This document shows positions 27,475 through 37,202 of a DNA stretch of 64,000 nucleotides, piece by piece. The stretch is from Candidatus Latescibacterota bacterium (GTDB lineage: Bacteria > Latescibacterota > UBA2968 > UBA8231), in assembly GCA_965203175.1 (NCBI GenBank), contig OZ241867.1, forward strand, positions 5,792,001 to 5,856,000, in the 5' to 3' direction. The notes under the pieces are model-generated. The model searched no databases, was not told where the DNA came from, and saw nothing but the letters and a program-made list of their open reading frames with translations. The position numbers and the translations under genes are program-made. Within the stretch, counting starts at the first letter, position 1, and each line of letters opens with the position of its first letter.

Positions 27475-30135
27475 TTACGGCGTGCTACGGTACGGCACCA
27501 CCACAAACGCCACCCCCGTAGGCGAGTGCCGAGGATTTTCGTACACAGTCAACAGCGAACCGGCCACTACATCAGTTGCACGCTGCATGTGCCCCGAAGG
27601 CCAGCGCACGCGCACCACATCCGCTCGTTGATGTGCGCCTAAGCCGACAATCAAGGTCGCGCTGTTTTGGGCCGAAAAGCCCTCGCCGGCTCGATGCTCG
27701 CGCAGCAGCGTCCTCCCACCGACATCCACTTCCACCTGCACGCCATATCCATCGCGCACGCTCCATTCGCGTGAGACCTCGTCGCGGTCATTACCCCCCA
27801 CAAACCGCAACGCGAGGATATGCCCCGCCTTGCTGCGGTTGGCAAACAGCTCGCAGAACGGCTCGTTAGCATTGACGACGGCCAAATCAATGCGGCCATC
27901 GCGGTCGAAGTCCAAGGCAGCAAAAGCGCGACCATCCGCAGGCGAATCCGCCGCCGACAGACCCGACACGTCGATAAAGTCGCTACCTTCTACATTGAGA
28001 AAGAAGCGGTTGCGCTGGTATCCGCTGAGCGAGGCCCCAGCGTCGAGCCGCGCACCCACATTGTACGCCCCATCCGTCCGCCCATGGCGCACGACCGTGC
28101 GCCAAAACAAGCTTCAGGTATCCTCGGGAAGAGCGACTTCAGACGGCGGGGTGTAGTATCCACTCAGGGCGTAGATATCGAGGTCGCCGTCGTTGTCAAA
28201 GTCCAAAAACTGGCCGCCCCAGCCCCAGCCGCCGTCCTCCACCGGCGAGTCTGCAACGAGAGTGAAATCCTCATTGCCGTTCCGCAGGAGAGAGTTGCCC
28301 CGGGCCAAAGGGGCAAACGCCGCACCCGCCCACCCGGCAGCTTCCGTGATACGGCGACCAGCGCTGCTGTGCATGTTGGTCACGTACAGGTCTTGGCGAC
28401 CATCCCCGTCGTAATCGGCCCAACTCGCGCCCATGCCAAAGCCCGGATCCGCAGCCCCACTCTCCGCAGTGACATCGACGAGGGCACCGCCGTCATTGCG
28501 GAACAAGTTGTTAGCGGCAAAGTCATTGGCGAGGTAGAGATCCGGGTCGCCGTCGCGGTCGTAGTCGGCCCAAGTCGCCTGTAACGTATTGCGCCACACG
28601 GCGGCGGTTGGCTCAAAGCGACCGTCGCCAAGGTTGCGCAGCAGGACGTTAGGCGGCCCGGGCGCATCGTAGATGAGGTGGCCGATGCGGTCGCGGCTCA
28701 GGTCGTAGAGTGCGCGAGCGTGATCTGCAGACAGGAAGTCGGCCAACAGCGCACCACCCCAAGGCTCAGCTCGGGACGCGGAGGTAACCGTGGCGAGCAA
28801 CATCCGCGCGGCATACGTGGAGAAGTACGCATCGAGCAGACCGTCGCCGTCGTAATCGGCCGCTGAGATCGAGGCCACGAGGAACGGCAAGACGCCATCG
28901 CCCAAGTCGCGGGGAGCGAAGTGCCCGTCCTCGTTGATCATGTAGAGACTCGGCGCAAGCGTGCGGCCGAGGAATACATCCGGGTCGCCATCGTTGTCAA
29001 AATCGGCGAAGAGCGCGGTCGCGGTGTGGTGCTCCACATCGAGGCCGTATTGAGCTGCGCGCTCAGTGAACGTGCCGTCGCCGCCATTGTGCAACAGCAT
29101 GTTCCTACCCTGGCGCACGGCAATGTACAGGTCGTCGTACCCATCGGCGTCGATATCCACGACGCTAATGCCGGGATGGCGGTCAAAGGCCTGACGAGTG
29201 AAATAGCGATGCGGCGCGACGAACGCAGAGTCGCTAAACGACTGGCGCACCAGTTCGGCGTGGCGCGAGAACCTAGCCCGGGCGCGATCCTCGTCGCGCG
29301 GGAGCGCCTCATCGAGAACTTCGGCAAACAGCGCCTGCTCCCGAGTGATCATCTCCAGCGATTCGGTCTCCCAGCGCTGAATCCGCCAAGTGTCATCTTC
29401 CTGTTGCTGCCAGTCAAGCATTAGCCAAGCCCGAATTTGCGCACGCTCCCCGTCTTGTGTCTGCGCCGAGGCGTCGAAGCGCAGACGAGCTTGGTAGATC
29501 GTCTCTTCCGCGTCGAGAAAATGGCCAGTCTCAATGTGGAAGGCTGTATAGTCGAAGAAATGTACCGCAGCCAAGAGCGAATTCCACAGTTGAATGTCTG
29601 CGCCGTGAACCTGCTCGGCAGGTGCAATCCTCCATTGCTGGCGCTTAATCCCCAATGCCGGGACGATCTCGGTCGCCTCCGCGGTCTGCTCCACATCCGC
29701 AACAGCAACCGTAGCGGCAAAAAGCGCGCGAGCCGGCGCGGCGGGCAGTTGCCCTTGGTACATCCCCAAGGCGAGAAGTGGCAGAACCTCGCCGCTCAGA
29801 TGCTGCTGCACCGCTTCGCTGCGATCAATAGTCGCCAAGAGCCGGTTGCGTTCCTGCACCCTTTGCAGTGAGCGGGTCGTGCCGTATCCTCCAAGGACGG
29901 CAAATGTGCCAAAGGCGAGGACAACGAACACAATAGGAACTAGCGGCAGCCGAGGGCATCGCCAAACGAGCCAACCACCGCCAAAGAGCAAGGCGATCTG
30001 AAGGACGATGATACCCTCGATGCCAAGCGGATGCCCCGGAAAAAAATGCGCGAGGGCCAGCGGGTTGAAGGCCAAACCACTGAGCAGCAGAGCCACACCG
30101 GCGAGGCGCACGGCGGCGCGCGGGCGACTGGTCAC
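27475..30135 (-). CDS. Membrane-anchored FG-GAP + ASPIC/UnbV (CRTAC1-like) protein with in-frame TGA at 28116-28114; candidate selenoprotein (886 aa, Sec at residue 674)
   Basis: ORFs 30135..28114 and 28110..27475 are in one frame, joined by ...GAT ACC TGA AGC TTG TTT TGG... The joined product is colinear with the intact CRTAC1 at 59891..61651. A SECIS-like hairpin follows the TGA. Confidence 0.75.
28085..28104 (-). promoter_or_regulatory. Candidate bacterial SECIS element
   Basis: mRNA reads UGA-AGCUUGUUU-UGGCGCAC-GGUC-GUGCGCCA: perfect 8-bp stem, 4-nt loop starting GGU, 17 nt between UGA and loop. Confidence 0.7.
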
Positions 30136-30294
30136 CGGTCGTACCCTCCGCCTAGCAAATCAGAGATCAACCCTAGCCAGTACGAGACTGATTTACCCCA
30201 TTGGATGTAGTTTTTGTCCCGACAAGACAGCATAGTATATTAGACGCCAAACAGCCGCTCAGCCTCGGCAGATTCTAATAAAAGGAGGACGCTC

Positions 30295-31545
30295 CTGTTC
30301 GCTAAAATCGCCCGCCACGCCCTCGATCGGGTGCCCTTGTCCATCATCTTCGACGATTCCACAGTGCTAGTCAACCTCAACTATTTCTTCCTCCGCGACC
30401 GCACCATCGCCGAGGGCCGTCCCCAGCGCTGGGAGGATTTGCCAGTGGTCCATCCCGAGTCCTTTACCCGCGAATTCGCCGAATGGTGCCTAGCAAGCGG
30501 CGTCCGAGGCAAATTCTCAGTAGTCCCCTGCCCAGCGGCCCTAGGGCGTATCGACGAGGGTTTGCCCCTCTTCAGCAAAGCCCAGCAAGACGAATGGTTG
30601 GCCATGTGCCGCGAGGTCATCGTCCCCGCTTTCGACATCACGCCCGAGATGCTCACCCACACGTTCGTGTTAGATCCCAAAACCTTGCAGCCGCTGCCCT
30701 CTAGAATATGGGAGCAATACGATTGGGCCGCGCTGCCCGAAGACCAAGAAGAGTTGGTCACCGAGTACATCGCCCAAGCGTGCCGCATTCTAGTCGCTGT
30801 GGGCCTGACGCCGCAAGGAGTAACTTCGCCGGGCGGCTTCGGCGGTCGCACCCTGCCCTTTTACGCCCGCTGTGCTGGCGAGGCCGTGCGCCAAGTCACG
30901 GGCAACCCAGTGCCCTATTTTTTTCAGCGAGTCTCTAGGGAGGACACAGTGGACACCCCCGTGTGGTATCCCGATCGCCAAACCGGACAAGCCACCGGAG
31001 AAATCATCGCCTCCACTGGTGACTGGACCGGCAGTTGGACCGGCTATGGCGAGGTCGATCCCGACAAGTACATCACTCCCGACCTAGAAAGCGGTCGCCT
31101 ACCGGCCCTCATCGACGCGGGTGAACCGGCTGTGCTCATCAGCCATTGGCAGGGATTCTATGGGCTACACGATGAGGACCGGCGCGGCTTCAAGGCTTTC
31201 AAGAAGGTGGTGAGTCGCCTCGCCGAGCGCGATCCGAGGGGAGAGCGCACCCAATGGAGCACCTGTAGCCAAATCACCACCTATGCCTGCGCCCGCGCAA
31301 TGGCCGAGATCGCAGTAGAGGGCAACACCATCCGCCTCGACCTGCCGGTGCAGACCCCTGACCTGACCCTGCGCCTGACGAATGGAGAGGTGCGCTCAGT
31401 GCGGGTGGATGGCCGCCCATTGACGCGAGTTGCGAACCGCGCCGCTTTCAAAAGCGATACTTTCCTGCTAGAAGACGGAGCTACTTTAGTCGCCTTTGAC
31501 CCGGCCCAACGCCGAGTGCTAGTAGAAGTAGATTCGCTAAATTAG
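30295..31545 (+). CDS. Polysaccharide-deacetylase-like / glycoside-hydrolase-like hypothetical protein (possible CTG start at 30295; ORF track start 30331)
   Basis: PLSIIFDDST; GVRGKFSVVP; DITPEMLTHT; GVTSPGGFG; SHWQG. AAGGAGG lies 6 nt before an in-frame CTG. Confidence 0.6.
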   Translation: MFAKIARHALDRVPLSIIFDDSTVLVNLNYFFLRDRTIAEGRPQRWEDLPVVHPESFTREFAEWCLASGVRGKFSVVPCPAALGRIDEGLPLFSKAQQDEWLAMCREVIVPAFDITPEMLTHTFVLDPKTLQPLPSRIWEQYDWAALPEDQEELVTEYIAQACRILVAVGLTPQGVTSPGGFGGRTLPFYARCAGEAVRQVTGNPVPYFFQRVSREDTVDTPVWYPDRQTGQATGEIIASTGDWTGSWTGYGEVDPDKYITPDLESGRLPALIDAGEPAVLISHWQGFYGLHDEDRRGFKAFKKVVSRLAERDPRGERTQWSTCSQITTYACARAMAEIAVEGNTIRLDLPVQTPDLTLRLTNGEVRSVRVDGRPLTRVANRAAFKSDTFLLEDGATLVAFDPAQRRVLVEVDSLN

Positions 31546-31695
31546 ACGGAGACTATAACATGGACTTACGTTTATATATTTATCGCCTATAACAAACGTA
31601 TGTATTTATACGATAAACGAGATAGCTTCTCACAGGGGGTTCGAACAGTGAGCCTACCTAAGTACAGGATAACCCCTAATCCATGGAGAAAGACC

Positions 31696-33009
31696 ATGAA
31701 ACTTCTACTTACCTTCGTCTTTGCCCTTGCCGCTTGCTCTCCGAGCAACCCACCACCGCCCACAGCTCCCGCTAGTAAAGCCAATTGCCCCTTATGCGGC
31801 TTCATGGGCGATGACCGATACACCGCAGCCGACGATACTACGGACACCACAACCGACGATACTACCGACACCACAACCGACGATACTACCGACACCACAA
31901 CCGACGATACTACCGACGCCACAACCGACGATACCACAGATACCACAGCCGACGATACCACAGATACCACAGCCGACGATAACTTTGACATAGAGTTGGT
32001 CTTTCTCGATAGCTTTGACTACTCAAAGAGGTTATGGATAATAGATGTTGCCCGTCAGTGGGAGCACTTCTTCTTCGACATGCCTGACCACGTTTTTGAC
32101 ACCCCGACCACCATCTCAGTAGGAGATCGCACTATCCGTCTTAAAGAGGGTGAGGTCATAGACGATATACGTATCTATGTGGATAAGCCGACAACAGAGG
32201 AGATGAAAAGATCTAGTAGTGTATGGACTGACGACAGGCCCGAAGGCTTTGCTAGTGTTCCCCTATTTCGCCCTGACGGTGACGTTCCCCTTATAGCCCG
32301 GATTACAATAGATGACGAGCAAATAAATTCAAACTTGGACAGTTTTTTTGCACCTCCCGACGCCCCTGAAATACACTGGAGGCGCATCTTTCAACACGAG
32401 ATGGGCCATGCTATGGGCATCGGGTCATCTCCAGTTTGGGACCGGTATGTAGTATGGGAACGAGTTCCAGATGGTCTTCGGCCTGGGAAGACGATCTGGA
32501 CAGCGTGGTTTACAGGGCCTAATGCCATGCGAGAGTACCGCAATATGCTTGAGGCTCCTGCACTTGGGGAAGATGGTCTTCCTATAAACGATCAGACCCT
32601 AACAGCAGATTTAATGAAAGTTTCCTTCTCCAATGATCATGCCACAGTAGTCATTGATTACGCGGAACTAGCCGACAAGGGGATTCCACTAAGCATCAAC
32701 ACCCTCGTTTCTCCAAGGCGAGCTTATCATTGGGGTTTAGTAATGCAGTGGGCATTTTTTAGCGCTTATTATATACGAGAAAATGATCTGCCAAATGTAA
32801 CAAACATTTCGCTAGGCACATTTCACGACATAGGATGGAATGTCAATTATACAGCCGGGGCCGAAACAATCCCAATGGGCTCCTCCATATTGCCATGCAG
32901 GCTTTTAGGCGATTACGGCAACTTCCGTCTATGTACGCGTCCCAGCAGCGGCAAGGTCGTAGTCAACGACACTCCCACTGCCCATTCCCATTGGTGGGGC
33001 GTCCACTGA
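31696..33009 (+). CDS. Lipoprotein zinc metallopeptidase (zincin, leishmanolysin/M8-like) with Thr/Asp repeat linker
   Basis: RBS GGAG; lipobox LAAC; DDTTDTTT repeats; FDIELVF; HEMGHAMGIG; FTGPNA; HW; ISLGTFHDIGWNVNY. Visibly lower GC than flanks. Confidence 0.7.
   Translation: MKLLLTFVFALAACSPSNPPPPTAPASKANCPLCGFMGDDRYTAADDTTDTTTDDTTDTTTDDTTDTTTDDTTDATTDDTTDTTADDTTDTTADDNFDIELVFLDSFDYSKRLWIIDVARQWEHFFFDMPDHVFDTPTTISVGDRTIRLKEGEVIDDIRIYVDKPTTEEMKRSSSVWTDDRPEGFASVPLFRPDGDVPLIARITIDDEQINSNLDSFFAPPDAPEIHWRRIFQHEMGHAMGIGSSPVWDRYVVWERVPDGLRPGKTIWTAWFTGPNAMREYRNMLEAPALGEDGLPINDQTLTADLMKVSFSNDHATVVIDYAELADKGIPLSINTLVSPRRAYHWGLVMQWAFFSAYYIRENDLPNVTNISLGTFHDIGWNVNYTAGAETIPMGSSILPCRLLGDYGNFRLCTRPSSGKVVVNDTPTAHSHWWGVH
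31829..31981 (+). repeat. 24-bp coding tandem repeat (~6.4 copies)
   Basis: Unit CCGACGATACTACCGACACCACAA, with the variant CCGACGATACCACAGATACCACAG in the last copies. Confidence 0.95.
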
Positions 33010-33076
33010 CCGCTGGCACGGCAATTCCGCAACGTACCCTCGAAGAGATTGCCTGCAACGGGCACTTCTGCGACTT

Positions 33077-33116
33077 ATCGTTGCCGAAGATTCCTAATAA
33101 TCGTTGCCGAAGATTC
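33077..33116. repeat. 17-bp intergenic direct repeat, 23-bp period
   Basis: ATCGTTGCCGAAGATTC at 33077-33093 and 33100-33116. Confidence 0.85.
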
Positions 33117-33193
33117 TATCGGCTAGTTGTTTTTACAACCCTAGCCTCGCGGGTAATCGTGGATATTGCCAATCCTCAAACGGAGACTACAAC

Positions 33194-34267
33194 ATGAACT
33201 CACGCCCCCAAATACTCATCGCCTGCAACAAGCACGTGCGCGAGCAGTACCTCGCCGCGACCGATTTCGCACGCCTCGAAGCCTTCGCCGACTGGGACTG
33301 GTTCGAATGCGAAGGCGGCGGCATTTACGACACCAACGCAGATCCCGAGATCGCCCATGCGCTAGGCGAGCGGCTAGGTGGTTACGACGGACTAGTGGTC
33401 TGCCACGGCTGCCCAACGGTCGATGCCGCGATCTTGGAACAGACCTCCAACCTGAAAATCATCGGCGAGTTGGAAGGCGACCGCTTTGCCAGCCGCATCG
33501 ACGTCGAGGCCGCCTGGGAGCGGGGTGTCTGCACGGTCGATACGACCAACGGCTCGTCGTATCCAGTGTCCGAGTGGGCCTTGGCGCTCATTATCATTGC
33601 CCTGCGCAACGCCGGTGCCCAATTCCGCCGCCTCATCGCCGGCAACGTGAGCCCTCGTCCGCAAAGCGACTTTGGCTTCATCCACGGCGATCTGACCGGC
33701 AAGCGCGTCGGCCTGATCGGCTGCGGGCACATTGGCCGGCGGCTAATCCAATTTTTGCGCCCCTTCCAGACCGAAGTGTGGGTGTTTGATCCCTATCTGG
33801 CGCGGGAGATGGCCGACGCCGTCGGCTTCCTCAAAACCTCGTTGGACAACGTGATGTCGCAGTGCGATGCCATCGTCTGCCTAGCCCCGCACACCCCGCG
33901 CACCGAGCGCATGATTGGCCAACGAGAGCTAGACCTGATCCAGCCGGGCGCGGTGTTCGTCAATGTGTCGCGCGGTAAAGTAGTGGATTCGGATGCGCTA
34001 GTGAGGCGGCTCAAGCGGGGCGACATCGTCGCCGGTCTAGACGTGTTCGACCCGGATGTGGGCGAGGACAACGCCTATGGCGACAAGGAGATTCTCCACT
34101 TGGAAAACGTCTTCGTCACTCCGCACATCGCCGGCGTGACCGTACAGAGCTACCCGCGCTTTTTCGAGCTGATGGTCGACGAACTCAACCGCTTCTTCCA
34201 CGGGCACGAGACCCTTTTCGACCTAACGCCGCGCTCCATCGCCAACCGCCGGGGTAGTGAGAGTTGA
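33194..34267 (+). CDS. D-isomer-specific 2-hydroxyacid dehydrogenase family protein
   Basis: GKRVGLIGCGHIG; VFVNVSRG; AGLDVFD; TPHIAG; ATG at 33194 after GGAG. Confidence 0.9.
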   Translation: MNSRPQILIACNKHVREQYLAATDFARLEAFADWDWFECEGGGIYDTNADPEIAHALGERLGGYDGLVVCHGCPTVDAAILEQTSNLKIIGELEGDRFASRIDVEAAWERGVCTVDTTNGSSYPVSEWALALIIIALRNAGAQFRRLIAGNVSPRPQSDFGFIHGDLTGKRVGLIGCGHIGRRLIQFLRPFQTEVWVFDPYLAREMADAVGFLKTSLDNVMSQCDAIVCLAPHTPRTERMIGQRELDLIQPGAVFVNVSRGKVVDSDALVRRLKRGDIVAGLDVFDPDVGEDNAYGDKEILHLENVFVTPHIAGVTVQSYPRFFELMVDELNRFFHGHETLFDLTPRSIANRRGSES

Positions 34268-34269
34268 CT

Positions 34270-35061
34270 ATGCTGACCCCACTCCAAGTCGGCCAATTCC
34301 GCGCCATGGGTTTCCTCAAGCTGGAGGCGTGCCTGACGGCAGACGAGATAGCCCAGTTCGAGGCGGCGTACAACAGGCTGATCGCTGGGGGCTCGGTCTA
34401 CGACTACTTTGAGGATAACCTCGGGCAGCCGAGCCGGGGCACGCGCAAGCAGGATCGCTGTGCCGAGTTGGACGACGACTTCGCCAGCTTTGTCGAGCAT
34501 CCGCGCATCACCGCGGCGCAGCAGGACATTTTCGGGCGACCGTGTCTGTTCCACGGCGGCGGGGAAGTCTGGCTGAACAGGAGTGATACGCCGTGGCACA
34601 GCGACGTGCTGGGCGATCGAGACCGGGACCCGGATTTCTACACCATCAAGGCTGCGATCTACCTCGACGAGTTGGAGGCGGATTCTGGATCGCTGAACGT
34701 GATTCCCGGCAGCCACTTCCCGGCGTACGGCCAAGCCCTGTTCGACGAATGCGGATACAGGGAAGGGGGAATTCGCCCGCGTCTGCACCTTGCGGACCCG
34801 CCCGGGGCAGTAGCAGTGGCGACGCGGCCCGGCGACGTGGTCTTGTTCGACACGCGCATCTGGCATTCGGCCCGTGGCCGCCAGGGCGGCCGGCGCACCG
34901 CGTTTATCAGCTATGTGCCCGATCCCGGGGATTCGCCCCGACGGAGGGAGCAGGTCCGCGCCCTGATCCGGCCGTTCCCCTATACCGATCACCTGATCGA
35001 GACTGCCGGTCCTCGCAGGCGGGCCATGGTCGCGCGCCTGCGGGAACTGGCCATTGCCTGA
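34270..35061 (+). CDS. Phytanoyl-CoA dioxygenase (PhyH) family protein
   Basis: PWHSD; GSLNVIPGSH; PGDVVLFDTRIWH. Confidence 0.88.
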   Translation: MLTPLQVGQFRAMGFLKLEACLTADEIAQFEAAYNRLIAGGSVYDYFEDNLGQPSRGTRKQDRCAELDDDFASFVEHPRITAAQQDIFGRPCLFHGGGEVWLNRSDTPWHSDVLGDRDRDPDFYTIKAAIYLDELEADSGSLNVIPGSHFPAYGQALFDECGYREGGIRPRLHLADPPGAVAVATRPGDVVLFDTRIWHSARGRQGGRRTAFISYVPDPGDSPRRREQVRALIRPFPYTDHLIETAGPRRRAMVARLRELAIA

Positions 35062-35075
35062 GTATGAAACCGCTT

Positions 35076-35966
35076 CTAGGCGAGCAATCCCCGCAGGTAG
35101 TCGACGGCCAGGCCAATGGCCTCGAGGTCGCTCACCGCATTGCCCTGGCCCTCGAAGACGATGGACATATTGCCGTTGAAGTCGACTTGGCGGAGAATTT
35201 CGACAATGCGCTCGTAGTCGAGCCACTCCTCCCGGCCGCGGTCGATTTTGTATATTTTGGCCCGCACATAGGTGGCGTGGGGCGCGGTCTGCTCCATGAA
35301 GTCATAGAAGTCGACCGCGGGATCCTCGGTCCCGGAGGGCGCCGCGCCCGGCGAGCCTTGCCACCAGCCCGTGTCGAGGATGAAGGTGAAGTTTTCGCGG
35401 TTGACATCGCGCAGTATTTTGAGAATATCGTCCCCAGTGGGCGCGATGACCGGGGCGTGGTTGTGAAGGCCGACGAACACGCCTTTGCCGGCGGCGTAGT
35501 CGCAGACCTCCTGGAAGCTGCCAATGGCGTCCTGCCACAGGACGCGGCGGTCGACGGCTGCGGCGGGGATGCCGCCGCCGAAGAGGCGGACCAGGGGCGC
35601 GCCCATAAAGGCGGCCAGATCAATGCCCTCTTTGACTTCGGCAATGCGCCGGCGGCGTTCGGCTTGGGGCAGGGCAACGCCCTGGGGGCGGCCGTCGATC
35701 TGCTCGACGCCGACAAAGCCGCGGCCCACGCCCAAAAAGCCAATGGGCAGGCCGCACTGCTGGCAGAGGGCCTTGATGGAGCGCAGATAGGCCGGGTCCC
35801 GGGCGCGGAAGCCGCGGAAGAGCTGAAAGTCGACCACGTCGAGGTCCCAGGCGCGGATCTGGCGCACCAAGGCGGCGATGTCCAGCCAGTTGCGCGGGTC
35901 TTCCTTGTCGGCATAGGGCAGGTCTTCGGCGACCCGCAGCATGGCGTTGCAGCCGAGTTTGATCAT
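35076..35966 (-). CDS. Sugar phosphate isomerase/epimerase (xylose-isomerase-like TIM barrel)
   Basis: GIDLAAFMGAPLVRLFGG; GLHNH; ILDTG; DFNGNMSIVFEG. Confidence 0.85.
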   Translation of the reverse strand: MIKLGCNAMLRVAEDLPYADKEDPRNWLDIAALVRQIRAWDLDVVDFQLFRGFRARDPAYLRSIKALCQQCGLPIGFLGVGRGFVGVEQIDGRPQGVALPQAERRRRIAEVKEGIDLAAFMGAPLVRLFGGGIPAAAVDRRVLWQDAIGSFQEVCDYAAGKGVFVGLHNHAPVIAPTGDDILKILRDVNRENFTFILDTGWWQGSPGAAPSGTEDPAVDFYDFMEQTAPHATYVRAKIYKIDRGREEWLDYERIVEILRQVDFNGNMSIVFEGQGNAVSDLEAIGLAVDYLRGLLA

Positions 35967-36074
35967 GCGATGTCCGTGTGTCCGGGGCGCCTCGGGCAGA
36001 AGTCACCCATGCGCCCTACCTTGACCAAGTTCCCAAAAAGATCCTTATAATACACTACACAGAGAAGTTGAACC

Positions 36075-37193
36075 ATGCATCTGATTGCCCCGACGGCAAC
36101 GATACAAGTACCGGACTGGGTCGCGTACCCGGATCGCGACTGGATACAGATCACGCCCGCCGAAGCCGGTCTCGATGCGCGGAAATTCGCCGCCTGGCTA
36201 GCCAGCCTCAATGTCAGGGGGGCGAGCTTTGGCGGCGAGGACCACAGCGGCGACCAGCACGGCGCCGTGCTCACGCGCGGCGGATACCTAGTACACGCCT
36301 GGGGCGACCCCCACTATCGGCATCAGACGGCCTCGGTCGGCAAGGCCCTGACGTGGGTGGCGCTGGGCGCGGCCGTTGGCGACGGCCTCCTCGACCCGGA
36401 CGAGCCAATCCACCAGACGTGGACCGGGGCCGGGCAGCTATCGCACGAGCACAAGTACCTCGATTGCGGCCACCACCAAAAACTCACCTGGCGCCACTTG
36501 ATCGGGCGGCGCGATGAGAGCCTGCACTGGGGCGGCTTCCCCTTTGAAATCGGCAACCGCTGGCGGGAGCAGCGCACGGGTCTCGAAGAGCGGGACGCAG
36601 TTCCCGGCATCCCCGCATGGGCCCAGTGGACGGGCGATCCCTTCTACGACTGCTACGCCCATGCCGAACCGGGCACCCAAGGGCTGTACAGCAGCGCCGG
36701 CTTCTGGCGGTTAGGCCAAGCGCTGACCTACGTTTGGGGCCGCGACCTCAAGGACGTGATCCAGGAGCGCCTATTCGACGCCATTGGCATCCCGTACGAG
36801 CGCTGGGACTGGCTCGCCGGCGGCGACGTAAAAGAGCAAAAACACCTCTACCCCACCATTCCAGACGCGTACACCTACCTCGATCCACCCTACGAAATTG
36901 GCGGCCAAGTCGTGCGCAGCGGCCCGGGTTGGGTCGTCATCAGCGCCTCGGATCTGGCGCGCTTCGGCCACCTCAATGCCACCCGGGGCATGTGGAAGGG
37001 GGTGCGCGTCATCGACGCCGCCTGGCTGCGCGGCCACGGCGGGGGCAATAAGAGCGGGGCCAGCGGCGAGTGCGAGCACTTCACGGCCATGGGCGTGGTG
37101 ACGACGATCGGGCTGCCCGAGTACAGTCACGGGGTCGAGACCAAGAGCATCCTCCCCGACGACTTCTTCGTCGCAGAGGTCCAGCCGAGCTAG
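36075..37193 (+). CDS. Serine hydrolase (beta-lactamase-related)
   Basis: ASVGK (SxxK); EPGTQGLYSS; SASDLARFG. Confidence 0.75.
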   Translation: MHLIAPTATIQVPDWVAYPDRDWIQITPAEAGLDARKFAAWLASLNVRGASFGGEDHSGDQHGAVLTRGGYLVHAWGDPHYRHQTASVGKALTWVALGAAVGDGLLDPDEPIHQTWTGAGQLSHEHKYLDCGHHQKLTWRHLIGRRDESLHWGGFPFEIGNRWREQRTGLEERDAVPGIPAWAQWTGDPFYDCYAHAEPGTQGLYSSAGFWRLGQALTYVWGRDLKDVIQERLFDAIGIPYERWDWLAGGDVKEQKHLYPTIPDAYTYLDPPYEIGGQVVRSGPGWVVISASDLARFGHLNATRGMWKGVRVIDAAWLRGHGGGNKSGASGECEHFTAMGVVTTIGLPEYSHGVETKSILPDDFFVAEVQPS

Positions 37194-37202
37194 CGAAAAA
37201 AC

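Noticed and set aside
28114-28116. TGA as a simple nonsense mutation (pseudogene)
   Set aside because: Not excluded but disfavoured: both halves look intact and a correctly spaced SECIS-like hairpin follows.
31829-31981. Regular repeats as a possible CRISPR array
   Set aside because: Head-to-tail 24-bp units with no unique spacers, in frame within a CDS.
34593-36050. Long alternative ORFs (34593..36050+, 34150..35226-, 22645..23916+, 45959..47107+, 6070..6813-, 27820..28584+)
   Set aside because: Antisense or shifted-frame shadows of well-supported genes in GC-rich DNA, with no family motifs.
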